A program made the translations under genes and the position numbers. From Octopus vulgaris (lineage: Eukaryota), in contig OX597825.1 of the NCBI GenBank assembly GCA_951406725.2, positions 56,420,001 to 56,484,000 on the forward strand: a stretch of 64,000 nucleotides of DNA, read 5' to 3'. This document shows positions 1-13,748 of this stretch, piece by piece. Numbering within the stretch: position 1 is the stretch's first letter; the number at the start of each line of letters is the position of its first letter. The notes under the pieces are model-generated. The model did not search any database, was not told the origin of the DNA, and saw only the letters and a program-made list of their open reading frames with translations.

Positions 1-1800
1 AACGCTGAGATCCATAATTAAGCTTACGCTGTGGTCTGACACACTAGATATTATTCCTTGGTTTAAAAGCCTGGACAATAAAAATAGCTGCAAGTTTATA
101 CATCTAGATATCTCTAATTGCTATTCCAATATCAATCCGATTAAACTTAATAAGGCACTTATATTCGTGAAGCGCAACTCTAATTTATCCAGACATGAGA
201 TAGATATTATACTAGTTGCCCGTAATACAATAATTGCTTACGATAATAAGTCAGGGATGAGATCCAATACAATGGATTGTTTTAACATAACGATGGGATC
301 AAATGACCAGCGCAGGTCACTGATCTCGTCGGCTTTTACATTCTTTTCCAGATGGAATCCTGGTTTCCTAGGTTAAGCGGGAATGACGTTATTTTTCTAG
401 CAGAAGATTGTAGCTAAGTGGAAATGGGACGATATGGGAAAAAATATTAAAGTTCTTCAAAAAAATTTAGAACAGTCCATTACAATTGAGAATGATCACA
501 AAGACGTGCGTTTTCTAGACGTAACACTTAATTTAAACACAGAGATTTTTGAATCATACTACAAACCAACTGAGAATCTAAGGTTTAAAAAAAATTATAT
601 CATACGCACTCTGTATTTAAAAGCATTTTGAAACGTATATCCAATAGGATTTGCAGGTTATCTGCAAATGAAAAATATTTAATCACACGTTAGGTATTAC
701 CATGCGGCACTGGCCAGTGCTAGATACAGTAGAAAAACTTAAGTATTCACTTAGCTATGTTATAATTAATCAATATAAAAATGAAAATAAGGAAAAGAGA
801 AGAGATGTAGAGATAGTTCTACTAGTGAACATAAATATGGTGCAAATCTTAGGTAGATATCCAGGAAAGAAAAGCATACATTTAGAATCAGAATCTGATA
901 GTTTGATTAGAATGAATACAAAAGTAATAAAGATAGAAGAAAGGCAGTTTGAAATAGGAACACAATGCCTACTTTTATTCTATAAGTAATGATTCTACTA
1001 AGGAAGATAATGATTACACCAAACTTAATATCAAATCTAATTAAGGTGACATCTTATAGTTCAGTGTTTGGACTACACGTAGCATCTAAAATTTTCCTCT
1101 GCATTTTCCTCTGACAGGCATATGGTGAAATTGTCATATGAAACATAATAAAAACCTTGAATACAAAATTCATAAAGTAGATAATAGAAAGTTGAATATG
1201 GTAAGCGTAAACTCTAAAAAATATCGTCTGGAATAGCGTATCTCCAAGGAGTGGAGAAGATAATAATGCTGGGAAACGGAGGATAAATCTGTTCAGATAA
1301 TCTTAATGTAAGTATAAATGTCGACATTAGGATTGATAATAGGAGTAACAACGAGAAAGGATTCAACACTAATAATAGTAGTGCTGTCAATAACAATAAT
1401 AATCACAATAAGAGGAAATATATGAAAACAAATATAAGGCGAAAACTGGTTGCAAATAATAAAGTAAAAATGTAATTGTAGGAATAAATAAGTATGTCCT
1501 TTGGCGAATGAATGTCTACGTAGAAACATATAAATGCACCGTAAAACCAAATGCCCATATATATGCATATATAGTTGCAACTAGCTAAACATTGAAGAAC
1601 TGCTGGAAGAACCATGCTGCATTATTTACAGAAAGCTGCAAGCGAAAATGCGTATCACTCGCAGACCTTATACTGGAACTCAAACGGAAAAATACAGCAC
1701 GGTTTCGACAAAACTACGGAATGCAAAACCATAAAACGTATACTCAAAAGTATGTAATGTAACTTCTGCATGGAAATGACACTTGAAATAATATTATGTA
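1..1800 (+). pseudogene. Decayed Penelope-like retroelement (RT palm/thumb and GIY-YIG remnants); runs off the window start
   Basis: Frameshifted pieces translate to IILVARNTIIAY..CFNITMGSND, VRFLDVTLNLNTEIFESYYKP, and near 1495-1800 CPLANECLRRN..YKCTV and CN.C..E.LEI. They align by eye with the longer PLE at 44140-46760. Confidence 0.75.
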
Positions 1801-2610
1801 GTGATTGTTTCGACAGGCATGATTATAATGTTGTTCACCTGAATTAGGTCAAATTTGTCATAATTTCTATGTATCTATGGTCATTTAGTTATATCAATCC
1901 GTCATTTACTCAGAAATGCTATTATAATGTTACAGTATATTTATTGGTATGTTTAAATGATATTATTTGTATTGCTGTCCACCTAAATTGTATAATGCCA
2001 TGATAACTGATTTGCTCGGTACAGTTGTTTAGGAGAATGGAAAGTGACTGCTAGAGTGACATGGAGAAATGCATATGGTTGAGACCAAGAGTGACGACAT
2101 ATATAGATATATGCATTTTAGTGTGAAATAAAAGAATATGAATATGTGTATAATGAATGTGTGGGAGTGAAAACTATTGATTTAACCTAACGCTGTCAAG
2201 CGAGAGAAATCGTCAATTATATGAAGGTATATATATGTATATGTTCATGAGTATAAATATGTGTATGTAAGGAATGCTGGGATATAAATCTATAAATGTA
2301 TGTATATCGGTGGAAGTGTATGTATGCGCGTGTGTGTGTGTGCGCGCGTGTATTTGTGCGTATGTATCAATATATACATATATATATATATATATGAGTG
2401 TGCATATATATGTATTGCATATATAATTGAAGAAATTATTGTTTCCACCCAACGTGGTTCTCCAAAAGTAGAGGTATTTAATTATGCGCTTGTATGTTTA
2501 CATAATGAGATCCAGTTGTGATTGATTCAAAATCTTCGACGTCAAGGCCATCCCATCCGTCTGTCTTGGTTTAAATTTTGTAGTAGTTGGGATATTCATG
2601 TAGTTTGAGT

Positions 2611-2968
2611 CGTCGAAGGCAGTTGCTCCCGTAAGTACCAAAATAAAATTTGGGATTTATGGAGGGTCGAAGTTGGGAACAAAAACAGGACACTGGAGAC
2701 ATACAAGGAAACCGAGCGAAAACAAACTATTTTACCAGAACGTGGGTAAAATAGCGAACGCTGGAGAAATATTTTCTTTGACAAAAGAAAACATAAATAA
2801 GAGAGATACAATACATCCAGTCCTTAGAACAGTCGTGAAAGAAAAGGAAGATGATCACGTGAGGAAAAGAAAGATGTATGTCTCCAGTGTTCTGTTTTTG
2901 TTCCCAACTTTGACCCTCCATAAGTCCCAGATTTTATATTGTTATTTATGGGAGCAACAGCTTTCGAG
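2611..2968. repeat. Inverted repeat, arms about 94 bp (2611-2704 / 2875-2968), in a short non-coding element
   Basis: gttgggaacaaaaacaggacactggagacataca pairs with tgtatgtctccagtgttctgtttttgttcccaac, and pairing extends on both sides. Confidence 0.85.
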
Positions 2969-3152
2969 AACTCATATAGTCGTTCAATGATCGAAATGAG
3001 GAGTAGATAGACAAACGACAGCTGATGAAGTGTCGTTCTTTGTGTTACTTGTCTTGTTTTCCATTTGTTTCTCTCGTTGTTTGCGTATTGAACTCATTTA
3101 TCTTCTTATTTCCAGCTGTTTACTGTTGGTGACGTCTTGTACCCATATATGC

Positions 3153-3328
<176 letters not shown>

Positions 3329-3631
3329 ATAGTTATAGTTATATGCATATATATATATGCATATATGTATGTATGTATATATATATGTATCTATGTATGT
3401 ATATACATATATATACTTGCATATACATTGATTCATGGATATGCATATATTATTATAAAAATCATTTTTTATAATAATATGATTTTAAACCGAAACTTTT
3501 TTATTTTATGCAACTGGTTATTGAAAAGATCGTTAGTTGAAAGGATCAATAAAACAAAACCATTTCCCAGTGTGTAGCTATCAAAGTAATTGTATTTCTG
3601 CATATAACTTTATCTTGCTCCATTCTAAACA

Positions 3632-3675
3632 AGACTGTCCGACAAACGGAACCGTGAAACACTGAGTAACAGTTT
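3632..3675 (+). ncRNA. Minimal type I hammerhead-like motif with variant core
   Basis: actgt-CCGACAA-acgg(aa)ccgt-GAAA-cactgag-TA-acagt. Stems I and II pair perfectly; the core differs from CUGANGA at U4 and G8. Confidence 0.55.
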
Positions 3676-4459
3676 CTGTGATATTTTTTCTGCTTTTTAA
3701 TATATATATATATATATAATCAAAATATGCAACGGGATATCAAGTAGTGATGCAGAACGACCGTTTGAAGTGGCTCCATTTAATTGAACAATGCAATAAT
3801 TACATCAATTTAAATGCAGTGCACAAATAAATAATGAGAATTTTAACCAGTAGGACACAATATAATTTTTCTTAAATATTTTAACAGAGCAATATGTATG
3901 TGTGTGTGTGTGTGTGTGTGCACGCGCGCTTGTGTGTGTGTGTGTGTGTGTAATTAGCACGAAGCGTAAGGATGCAGTAAGCATCAACCTATTTAGAAAT
4001 GAGAGCTAAATTCAACCGCCTGAAGGCATCTAATAGAAAATATCAGTAGGTCAGGAAACAGATAAAGAATTAAAAAGCATACCTATAAAGATTATATGAG
4101 TTACTGGGCAACATTGGAATGTTTTGCTCAAATAAGGAAGAGAGACAAAAGTTAGCTTACCAAAATATACTGTGTTGTGAAATCATATGCATCACATCAT
4201 GTGCTAAAAATATACAGGCATATAAGCATACTCAAAATATATTAATAATACGTTAAAGATATATAGATACAAATATATATAGATATGTTAAGAATATATT
4301 AAGAATATACAAAAATATAGTCCTACTTACTTTTAAAAAACGATATTAGATATATTAAAAATACTTAAAATATTGTAAATCCATAAGCTTTATAATTCGC
4401 TTAAAATCAAAATATAAAAAATATAGTAAATCCGTATAGAAGTTGAAAATCCAGAGGTT

Positions 4460-5230
4460 TATATCCGATGGCCGATTCTAGGTGCATAGTGGTGCAAAGA
4501 TGAACCTAAATTTTATTCTATACCCTCGCCCCCTTCATCAAGGAAGATTCGGTTGTTAAGTTTACAAGTTGTTATTAGCTATTGTGAAATCCGTTGCTGA
4601 CAACCGTTTATAAAGAGCTACATTTATTACTCTAGCAGATGGCTTTTTAAAAATATTTTTATACATAGCAGATGGAGTTGATATTAAACTAGTATTAAGA
4701 AGAAGCTATAAATAACATGAGAGGTGGTGGCTTGAAGAAGGCCTCAGCCAAGTTTTATATTTCAGATTTAATGGAATCATGGTCTTATTGTGTAGTTATG
4801 AAGATGCTTAAGAGCTAAAAGATACTTGTGTCAACAAGAAAATCTATTCAACATTGAAGAGTTTTGCATACGCAGAATAGTACGAGATTCGCTAATACAA
4901 AGATTACATTTACGCGTGCGTCAATTATAAGCGGGGTACTTCTGTTACTATTGACCAAGATAAATTATACTGTATATTTTGCGCTTTAAGGTTGTGAATA
5001 TGCGTTGCTAAAGATGTAGATAATTTGGTTTTAGTATTGATAAAATAACTTATATGTGCGCGGTATCTACGCTTAAATCTACAGTACTCCCTACATATAT
5101 CAGTACTTGGGGTTGTGCATTTGTATATGACATTTTTTGCGTAGGCAGAATCCTTCGAGAGGGCATAAATTGAGCACACGTTGATTGGAAGTTTTCTTTT
5201 ATTATTATATATAGAGATTCGCCCTAGTGG
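4460..5230 (-). pseudogene. 3' fragment of a Penelope-like element (GIY-YIG region and 3' UTR with a degenerate HHR at about 4463-4545)
   Basis: ORF 4925-5374 contains NVIYKCT...FKRRYRAH...STSLATHIHNLKAQNIQYNLSWSIV, followed by a C-x2-C motif. Downstream on the same strand: tcc-TTGATGA-aggggc...gcacct-aGAAtcggccATC-gga. Confidence 0.7.
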
Positions 5231-5486
5231 GTTTAATCCCGGTCGACAAGTCATCGGCAGGGTTAAGTCCAAGTCTGAGACTACAACACAACCGGACTGG
5301 ATGACTCCGCCGGAACTAGCATTCACCACTGGGCGATCAGGATTTCGAAGATATTTCCATCCCTCAAGAACCACCTAGCATATGAGAGCTAGCAGCAGCC
5401 ACGGCGCCACCAGCCCTCGGATTCGTTAGGGGCGCCGTCCAAGGATTCACACGTTCCATCCTTGGCATTTGTTATCATTGTTATAT

Positions 5487-5557
<71 letters not shown>

Positions 5558-5576
5558 ATATATATATATATACATA

Positions 5577-6431
5577 CTAGCTTAAGGTGACCCGCTCTAC
5601 GCGCGGGTAAGAGTGTGGTTGTTACTTTCTGTTGCTTCCTTTCTGTTTTTTATCACCACATTCTGCCTCTTTTTTTCTCTCTCCTTTCTCTCTCACTTTC
5701 CCTCTCTCTCTTACTCTTCCTTTCTCTCGGACTCTCCCTCGCTTTCTCTTACTCTCTATCTTTATCTATCTATCTCTCATTTATAAACAACAAAAGATCT
5801 TAAGTAAGTTGAGAAAGGAAATATTTTGAAAGATCAATCATAGATATCAGGCTGTGACAACGGAAAGGTCTGCTTCAAGGCAGAAGCAAAGCACTAACAT
5901 TTAAAAGGGACAGCTGAACTTGCGAGCTGAATAAAAATTAAAAAAATATTGGAAACCAAAGTTTGAATGGATAGAATCTGAGGGTAGTAGACTCATCATG
6001 GCTGACATTTCTTAACGACGGACAGCAATGTAGTGGCAGTTTAACGACTGGCGAAAAATTTTGAACTTGATATAAAAGAAAATTCCTAAACACCAAGTTT
6101 TGAAGTGATTCTTTCTTACGGCAGTAGACTCACCATGGCAAGCATTCAAAACTTCTTCATCATGGACGGCAACACATTGAAGATTTAAAGGCTGACGCAA
6201 ATTTTTTAGCTCGATGTAACAGAGAATTCCTAAACACACGCTCCTATAAATTTTAATCCCCTTCCAGCCCCATTTAGACCTCTTTTCACATTTTGGTTAA
6301 TATAACCCAATTTCATTCGGGTCTACTCGGGCCACATCTTATAAGATGAGGAATTTTGTCCTCGAGGTCACGACTTTTATTTGAGGAAAAAAGTAGTTGC
6401 CATGCAGATTCTCCAGCACTTTTAACATAGA
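5577..6431 (-). mobile_element. Non-autonomous Helitron
   Basis: Minus strand begins A^TCTATGTTAAAAG and ends with the hairpin acccgcgcgtagagcgggt followed by CTAG^T. This gives an A/T insertion site with no TSD. Confidence 0.7.
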
Positions 6432-7141
6432 TGTGCATATTTTCAGCTCAACCGACCACATAATGCACACATTATATATATATATATATATACGCATTAA
6501 ATATATATATATATATGTACATATATACGCATTATATATATATATATATATATATATATAACTACAGATATATACACTTTGTATATATACATTATATATA
6601 CATATTTATATATAGAACACACTCACACACACATATATAAATTAACCCAATAAATATCTGATTCATAATATTTGTTCTCATGATTGCGTGGTGGTGGTGG
6701 CAATAATAATTCTCTCTATGAATGCAGACAGACGTAGAGAGAGAGAGAGAGAGGACGTGGGAAAAAGTGCGAAGGAGGCGGAGAATGATAGTAGACGCTG
6801 TCAAACGACGTTATAGAGAGAAAGTGAAAGGAAGACAGGCAGATAAGAGAATGAGAGAAGACTTGTCAAAGTGTGCGTTTTTTGCCCTAGTATCCACATC
6901 TTTTAAGATAGGGATTTTTAACCTAACCCACTCACATCCTCACCTCATTTTACATGTCCCTGTAAATTTTGGAGTCAATCCGACGGGATCTAGTGGCCTT
7001 TAACCCGTTCCAATGCCAAAACCAGACAAACAAACTTTTCGCATTTCAGATTTATAGATATTGATATATATGTATATTATGTACATATATACATATAGAT
7101 GTGTGTGTATATATATATATATATAAAATATATATATGTAA

Positions 7142-7233
<92 letters not shown>

Positions 7234-7332
7234 TAATAATAATAATAGGGAATATAATTCCAAACTTACAGGGAAAAATTCTATTTAGTAATTCTAAATC
7301 AAATTTCCCAATATATAATGTATGTATATAAT

Positions 7333-7500
7333 TAAGAGAAATAATCTCTATTAATATCTATATTAAATCATATACAAAAATTTTAAAGTATTTAAAAAAT
7401 ATTCTAAAAATCACTTTATTTAATTTAGTGATTTAAATTTTTTCTATATGATTAATATAGATATCTCACTATTGAATTACTTAATAGAGGTTATTTCTCT

Positions 7501-7502
<2 letters not shown>
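7333..7502. repeat. AT-rich foldback (imperfect palindrome)
   Basis: taagagaaataatctctattaa pairs with ttaatagaggttatttctctta; inner arms atatctatattaaatcatata and tatatgattaatatagatat also pair. Confidence 0.7.
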
Positions 7503-7573
<71 letters not shown>

Positions 7574-7745
7574 ATGCGTGTGTGTGTGCGTGTGTGAGTG
7601 TATGTATGTATGTATGTATGTCTTTATATGTATATGTATATGTTTATATATATGTATGTATGTACATGTATATGTATATATATATACTTACATATAAGTG
7701 ACCAAAGTGTACGTACGCCGCTATATTTTTTTTAAGTATAAAAAA

Positions 7746-8277
7746 TACAAAAATGGGACAAGAACGCAAAACCTCCTGACAGGTGATATAAAAAATGGGA
7801 CAACAAAACATCCAGATGGACGATACAAAGAAAACAAGGACGGGTCATTCAGGCTTTTCTATCCTTAGTCGAGTTCCAGATTATCTTTGCGATTTCGGCT
7901 GGTTATATGCGAGATTTCTCCAATCTAGCCAGCCCCAAGGAAAAGCTAAGTTAAGAGCACTAGATTCCTTGGAAGAAAACAGCGAATGTGTACGAAAACA
8001 AGGACGGAAAAAAATGGAGAAATGTTGCACAAATACAAATGCAAATAACAGGACATACCATCAGGTGTCTTCCGACTAAGGACGAATTAAATTAAGCTGG
8101 AGTGTGTGTAAGTAAAGCCCTACGGCAGGGACATAAGATTTAACGGGCACTGGGAAGAATATAGATGTTGCACGGGTAACTCGTCCTTGTTTTCTTCGTA
8201 TCGTCTGTCTGGATGTCTTGTTGCACTTTTTGTATCACCTGTCTGGATGTTTTGCGTATTTGTCCCATTTTTGTACA
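7746..8277. mobile_element. Short non-coding element with about 100-bp inverted ends, flanked by microsatellite
   Basis: acaaaaatgggacaa...catccagatggacgatacaaagaaaacaaggacg (7746-7845) is inverted at 8172-8277; there is also a small internal direct duplication at the left end. Confidence 0.7.
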
Positions 8278-8487
<210 letters not shown>

Positions 8488-9247
8488 TAATCATTTCTTT
8501 GTATACACAATGCGAATGAAGATGTAAGGGTGCGGGCGAATAAACTTCATCCTGTATGATAGAAGCTGTCCATGACTTATTATACGGTTGTGATGGGAAT
8601 CAAAGTTATCTGGTATTAAGTATTCCGAGCGGATGGCAATAAGTTGACCGCGCATACTTTGAAAAAAAAACGCATATAGACAAAACAGATAACGAATCTA
8701 TCTAGTTTTTAATTTTAAATCTTAGAGTGTTAATCTATATTAATAAAAGGCGAGACAAGTTTATGTTTAAAAAGAGCCAATTTGAGCTTTTGTTCATTTA
8801 TATTGTTCGTGAGCTTTTGTTCATTTATATTTGTTTGTGATTTTTATTTCCATTGACTAGATTTAATCTATTTGTTTAATAATTTATATTTTTGATTTTT
8901 ACTTTCATTAGTTTATTTTGGTATCTTTTATGACTTCTGTCTGTTTGAATCTTCATGTTAGTCTTTATCAAAAGAACGCTCAAATTAGAATATGGGTATG
9001 AAACAATGGGATACTAGACATGATCCAGCAGTGCTCTTAGAGCCACTCACCTGATGACATGCGAGTACACAGATACAACTGGATCATATTTATATAATCT
9101 TTATACGATAATATGTAATTGTGAAAAACTTAGCAGTTAACAGCAGTTAGTAATGCCTTGTCACGTTTTATAAATTTTTATACGAATCCTGCGTATTTAC
9201 GGATCTCCACATGTATATGTAGTAAAAGGAATATTCCTGATGCATGA

Positions 9248-9268
9248 TAACCCTAACCCTAACCCTAA
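9248..9268. repeat. Short interstitial telomere-type repeat (TAACCC)3
   Basis: taaccctaaccctaaccctaa. Confidence 0.8.
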
Positions 9269-9659
9269 CTTTATATTTTACTACACAGGAATAGCATGGT
9301 AAGAGTTTACATTTTAAGCAGCTTTCTACTTAAGTGACCATGAATTGCGAGTTCGTGCTGGACGAGTTTTAATATATAAAACTACAGTATTATATTATTC
9401 ATAATATTTGAATATATGACAATAGATTTGTACATTTTTTTATATATTATGAAGGGTATCACCATACTATATTGACACCGCATGTACGGGTTGCGGCGAA
9501 AATCTCCCAGATTAACCACTCCTGCTAGACGTTTCAGCGGTAAACATCGATTCAAATGGTACAATATAAATTTCACAGACTCCGTTAGCCTAGCCTATCT
9601 AATACCAAACCAATGGCCACGTAAAGTATATAATTTTTGTTATTTTTTTGTCGTAGCCA

Positions 9660-10330
9660 CTATGATATCAACTGTATTGTTGTGTAAAGTGTGATGTAAA
9701 ATATATGATATCACAATATTTCTATCTACTATGGTGATTATGCATGATATCACTATAATATTACAATCTGTGTGATATTGTATGTATGATGTCACCATTA
9801 TTTTGTGTTGTAGTGATATTGTTTTTGTATCGTCATAGTGTTGTAGGTTGTAGTTATATAGTATATGTGTGATATCGCCTTGGGTGTCTTGTGGAGATAG
9901 TGGATGTATATCAAAATAGGGTATAGGATGTGGTGACATTATGAATGCATGATATTGTGGTGATATTGTATAATATCAATATAGTTTCTGGAAGTGTGAT
10001 ATTGTTTGTATAACACTATAGGGTGCTGTGTTCTGTTGATAAAGTATATGTATGATATCATCATAATATTTGGCAATGCAGTTATTATAAATGCATGATA
10101 TCAATAAAATTTTGCTTGTCGTGGGATATTGTTTATATATCACAGTAGTGTTGCTTCATATATTGTAGTGCTATTGTATGTGTGATGTCATTATAATGTT
10201 TTATATTGTTTTGGTTATATGTGATGTCATCATAGTGTTGTACTGTTGTGGTATTGGAGATCTGCCAATAATATAGCAATAAAGATAGACACATTAAAAT
10301 GGTAAGATATATTGAAGTAATTTGAAATTA
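9660..10330. repeat. Old degenerate minisatellite
   Basis: Recurring tgtatgatatcac(t/c)atnatatt...gtgatattgt motifs at irregular spacing of tens of bp. Confidence 0.6.
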
Positions 10331-10340
10331 TTGGCTTTGT

Positions 10341-10379
<39 letters not shown>

Positions 10380-10576
10380 GCACACAGATATATATGCAAA
10401 CACACACACACATATATATATATATACATACATATATATAGATGCATATATACATATATATATTTATGCCTACAGATGTAGAAAACTATTGTCTCACAAA
10501 CACAAAATCACATAAAAATGTACATATACGGAGACATCTATAGACCTCATACACACTTATATATATATATGCACAT

Positions 10577-10668
<92 letters not shown>

Positions 10669-10927
10669 ATATATATATATATACATATATACATACATAT
10701 ATATATACACACACTGAGATATACTGGCAGGCAAGCACCATTAAACACAGACACAAACACACACACACACACACAGACGGATGTCCTCTCATATATGTAC
10801 ATTTACACATCGTATACAGGCATAGACATTGAAGTACCAGATGCAGAAACACAAAATAAACGCACATACTAAATACACATACATGCACATATATGCATAC
10901 ATATATATATATATATATATATATGTA

Positions 10928-10967
<40 letters not shown>

Positions 10968-11354
10968 TATGGATGTGTGTGAATATACATATATACATTA
11001 CATATGTATGTATATATACATATATATAATGTATAAATGTATATATGAATATATATATGTATTTATATATATGTGTGTGTGTGTGTGTGTTTGTGTGTGT
11101 GTGTATAGGGAGAGAATGATAGAGGTATATACACATACAAAACACAGCATTCAGAGACTTAATAGATAGTATAAACTAGATTAAGTATTCAGTCTGATTA
11201 TTATTAGTCATTAACGATATTTAATTAATAGCGTCTAATAAAAATGACATTAAGTATAGCAACAACAACAAATTGAATTAAAATCTACACTCAAACTCTG
11301 CGAGCGACTGACGAAGACAGAATCATACAGATATACTAAAATATAAATGCATAC

Positions 11355-11394
<40 letters not shown>

Positions 11395-11429
11395 ACACAG
11401 ATTTGCACATGTATATATATATATTCTTT

Positions 11430-11580
11430 TCTACTCAAGGCACGAAATTCTGGGTGAGGAGGCCAGTCGACTGGATCGACCCCAGTACGCAACTGTTTCT
11501 TAATTTATCAACCCCGAAGGATGAAACGCAAAGTCGACCTCGGCGGAATTTGAACTCAGAACATAACGGCAGACAAATAC
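11430..11580 (-). mobile_element. tRNA-derived SINE family A (partial)
   Basis: Minus strand: gttctgagttcaaattccgccgaggtcgactttgcgtttcatccttcggggttgataaattaag. It carries a B-box-like GTTCAAATTCC and matches copies at 16880, 31460 and 52009. Confidence 0.8.
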
Positions 11581-11607
11581 CTATATATATATATATATAT
11601 ATATATA

Positions 11608-12348
11608 TAAGCAAGGAAAAATTGTAAAAAGGCGGAATGCTAAATTGAAAGAAAATTTTAATGAAAATGGGTGTATGAAAAAAGTTTTTGAAAAATTGAT
11701 AAAATATATAAATATATATTAATTCAAACCGATTTTCGTCATAATGTGACTTTTCAAGAATTGTAAAGGAAAACATTTTTTTAAATGTGAGGAGGGGGGA
11801 AAAAGAGAATTACATTGTTTTTTTGCAAAAAAATAATAATAAATATATACAAAAATTAAAAAATAAGTACTCCGATACATTGTAAAATCTTTGTGTATCT
11901 TGAGTTTAATGATTGTTCACGAAAAAATTACCTTGAAGTATTAGGATCCAATGGGATTAAAACCATGTGTTATTTAGTTTAATTAAGGGTGTTGGCAAAA
12001 CAGGAAGTAGTAGTAGTAGTAGTTCTTCAGTTCCTGTGTTGTGAATAAGGGGAGACAAATCTATGGGTTTTAAGCTCTTCAATTTGTGTTTATCAATTTT
12101 TTGTAATAAAGGGTGTTAATAAACCTTAAATTATAAAATTATCATTTTAGCTTCATTTGCATTATCTTTTTTATATAATTGTTTGCTAACTCAACATTCA
12201 GATTTTAACACTATGTCGAAAACCGGTTTTAATTAATATATATTTATATATTTTATCAATTTTTCAAAAACTTTTCCTATACACCCATTTTCATTAAAAT
12301 TTTCTTTCAATTTAGCATTCTGCCTTTTTACAATTTTTCCTTGCTTAT
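11608..12348. mobile_element. Non-coding element with about 140-bp inverted ends carrying a degenerate HHR (11721-11762, minus)
   Basis: 11608-11750 is inverted at 12208-12348. Minus strand: aattc-TTGAAAA-gtca(catta)tgac-GAAA-atcggt-TT-gaatt. The other arm keeps GAAA-accggt-TT, a palindromic stem III. Confidence 0.65.
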
Positions 12349-12435
12349 CATTTCTCCACGTGCGGTCAACACAACCCCACCATTTATTGATCTATATATA
12401 TATATATTTATATATATATATATATATACTACTAC

Positions 12436-13100
12436 TACTACTACTAATATAGGATGAAGTTTTTTTCTTTACAGAAAAAAATTCCGTCAAGAAATGTGGC
12501 AGCATATTAAAATACCTTTACGGTTAAAATTATAAACAACTTATAAGTAAGGGCTAAAGAAACTAATTTCAAAGCCAATATGCTGATAACAGACTATTAA
12601 ATCGTCAATTTCCACATATAATCTACACGCTACAGCAAAAAGAATCGAAGAACTGAAGTCGGGCAAGCTGGCCGATAGAATTTTTAAAATTCGTTATCTC
12701 TGTATTGAATCAATTTCGGAATTAATCTCATAAAAGATTTATTCCTCTTCAGTAGAGCTTACGAGAGAATATAAATAAGATACTTACATGCGCCCATAGA
12801 AAAAGCCGAAGCAAAAAACATGTGTACATTTAAGTACCCCAGTTATATCTAAAAATTAAAATTCTTTGGTCAGCCTCAGTACAACGTGTTGACTGTTCGC
12901 CACTACAGGTTATAGTGGTTACCAGTCCCTATAGCGAGTAGTAATAAGTCTACTACTAATATAGGATGAAGTTTTTTTCTCTTCAGTTCTTCGATTTTTT
13001 TGCTGTAGCGAGTAGATTATATGTGGAAATTGACGATATAATAGTCTGTTATCAGCATATTGGCTTTGAAATAATTTTCTTTAGCCCTTACTTATAAGTT
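12436..13100 (-). mobile_element. Non-autonomous PLE-like mini-element: 515-bp unit with partial tandem repeat plus inverted segment
   Basis: tactactaatataggatgaagtttttttct occurs at about 12436 and 12951 (direct); 12538-12660 is inverted at 12980-13100. Confidence 0.75.
12698..12757 (-). ncRNA. Type I hammerhead ribozyme motif, intact core
   Basis: ctcta-CTGAAGA-ggaataaatctt...agattaattcc-GAAA-ttga(t)tcaa-TA-cagag. AUA cleavage triplet; one mismatch at the base of stem I. Confidence 0.75.
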
Positions 13101-13301
13101 ATATATATATAAACCTGCAGATAGGTCCGTGTGCGCGTATTTCATAGAGAAGCAAATACATGGGCGCATAATTATATAAAAACCAAGAGAGACAGAAATG
13201 GTGAGCGAATGTGATGAAGAGGTATACACAAACATACAAAATACACGCGCACATATATGTATATAAACATCTATATATATATATATATGTATATATAGCA
13301 A

Positions 13302-13343
<42 letters not shown>

Positions 13344-13538
13344 CAAGTGTATATATCAAATGTATATAATGTGCATATATACGCACGTATACATACACGT
13401 ACATATGTATAGATAGAGAGAGATTGAGGCCGCAATTCGGCACATAGACGGGAAACACTCAGCAGCATACATATCGTGGACGTCCACACATGCACTCACA
13501 GACATACACACACACACGCACACACACACACACACACA

Positions 13539-13578
<40 letters not shown>

Positions 13579-13713
13579 GTAATGTATACAGACCGTACAA
13601 AGCATATCCCAAACAATTTCATTTTATGCATACGTGAATACATGCATGCATACATATATATACACACACATAAATATTCGTTTGTGTGTGTGTGTGTGTG
13701 TGTGTGTGCGTGC

Positions 13714-13748
<35 letters not shown>

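Noticed and set aside
9051-9130. CTGATGA...GAAA near the telomere-type repeat
   Set aside because: No convincing stems I, II or III.
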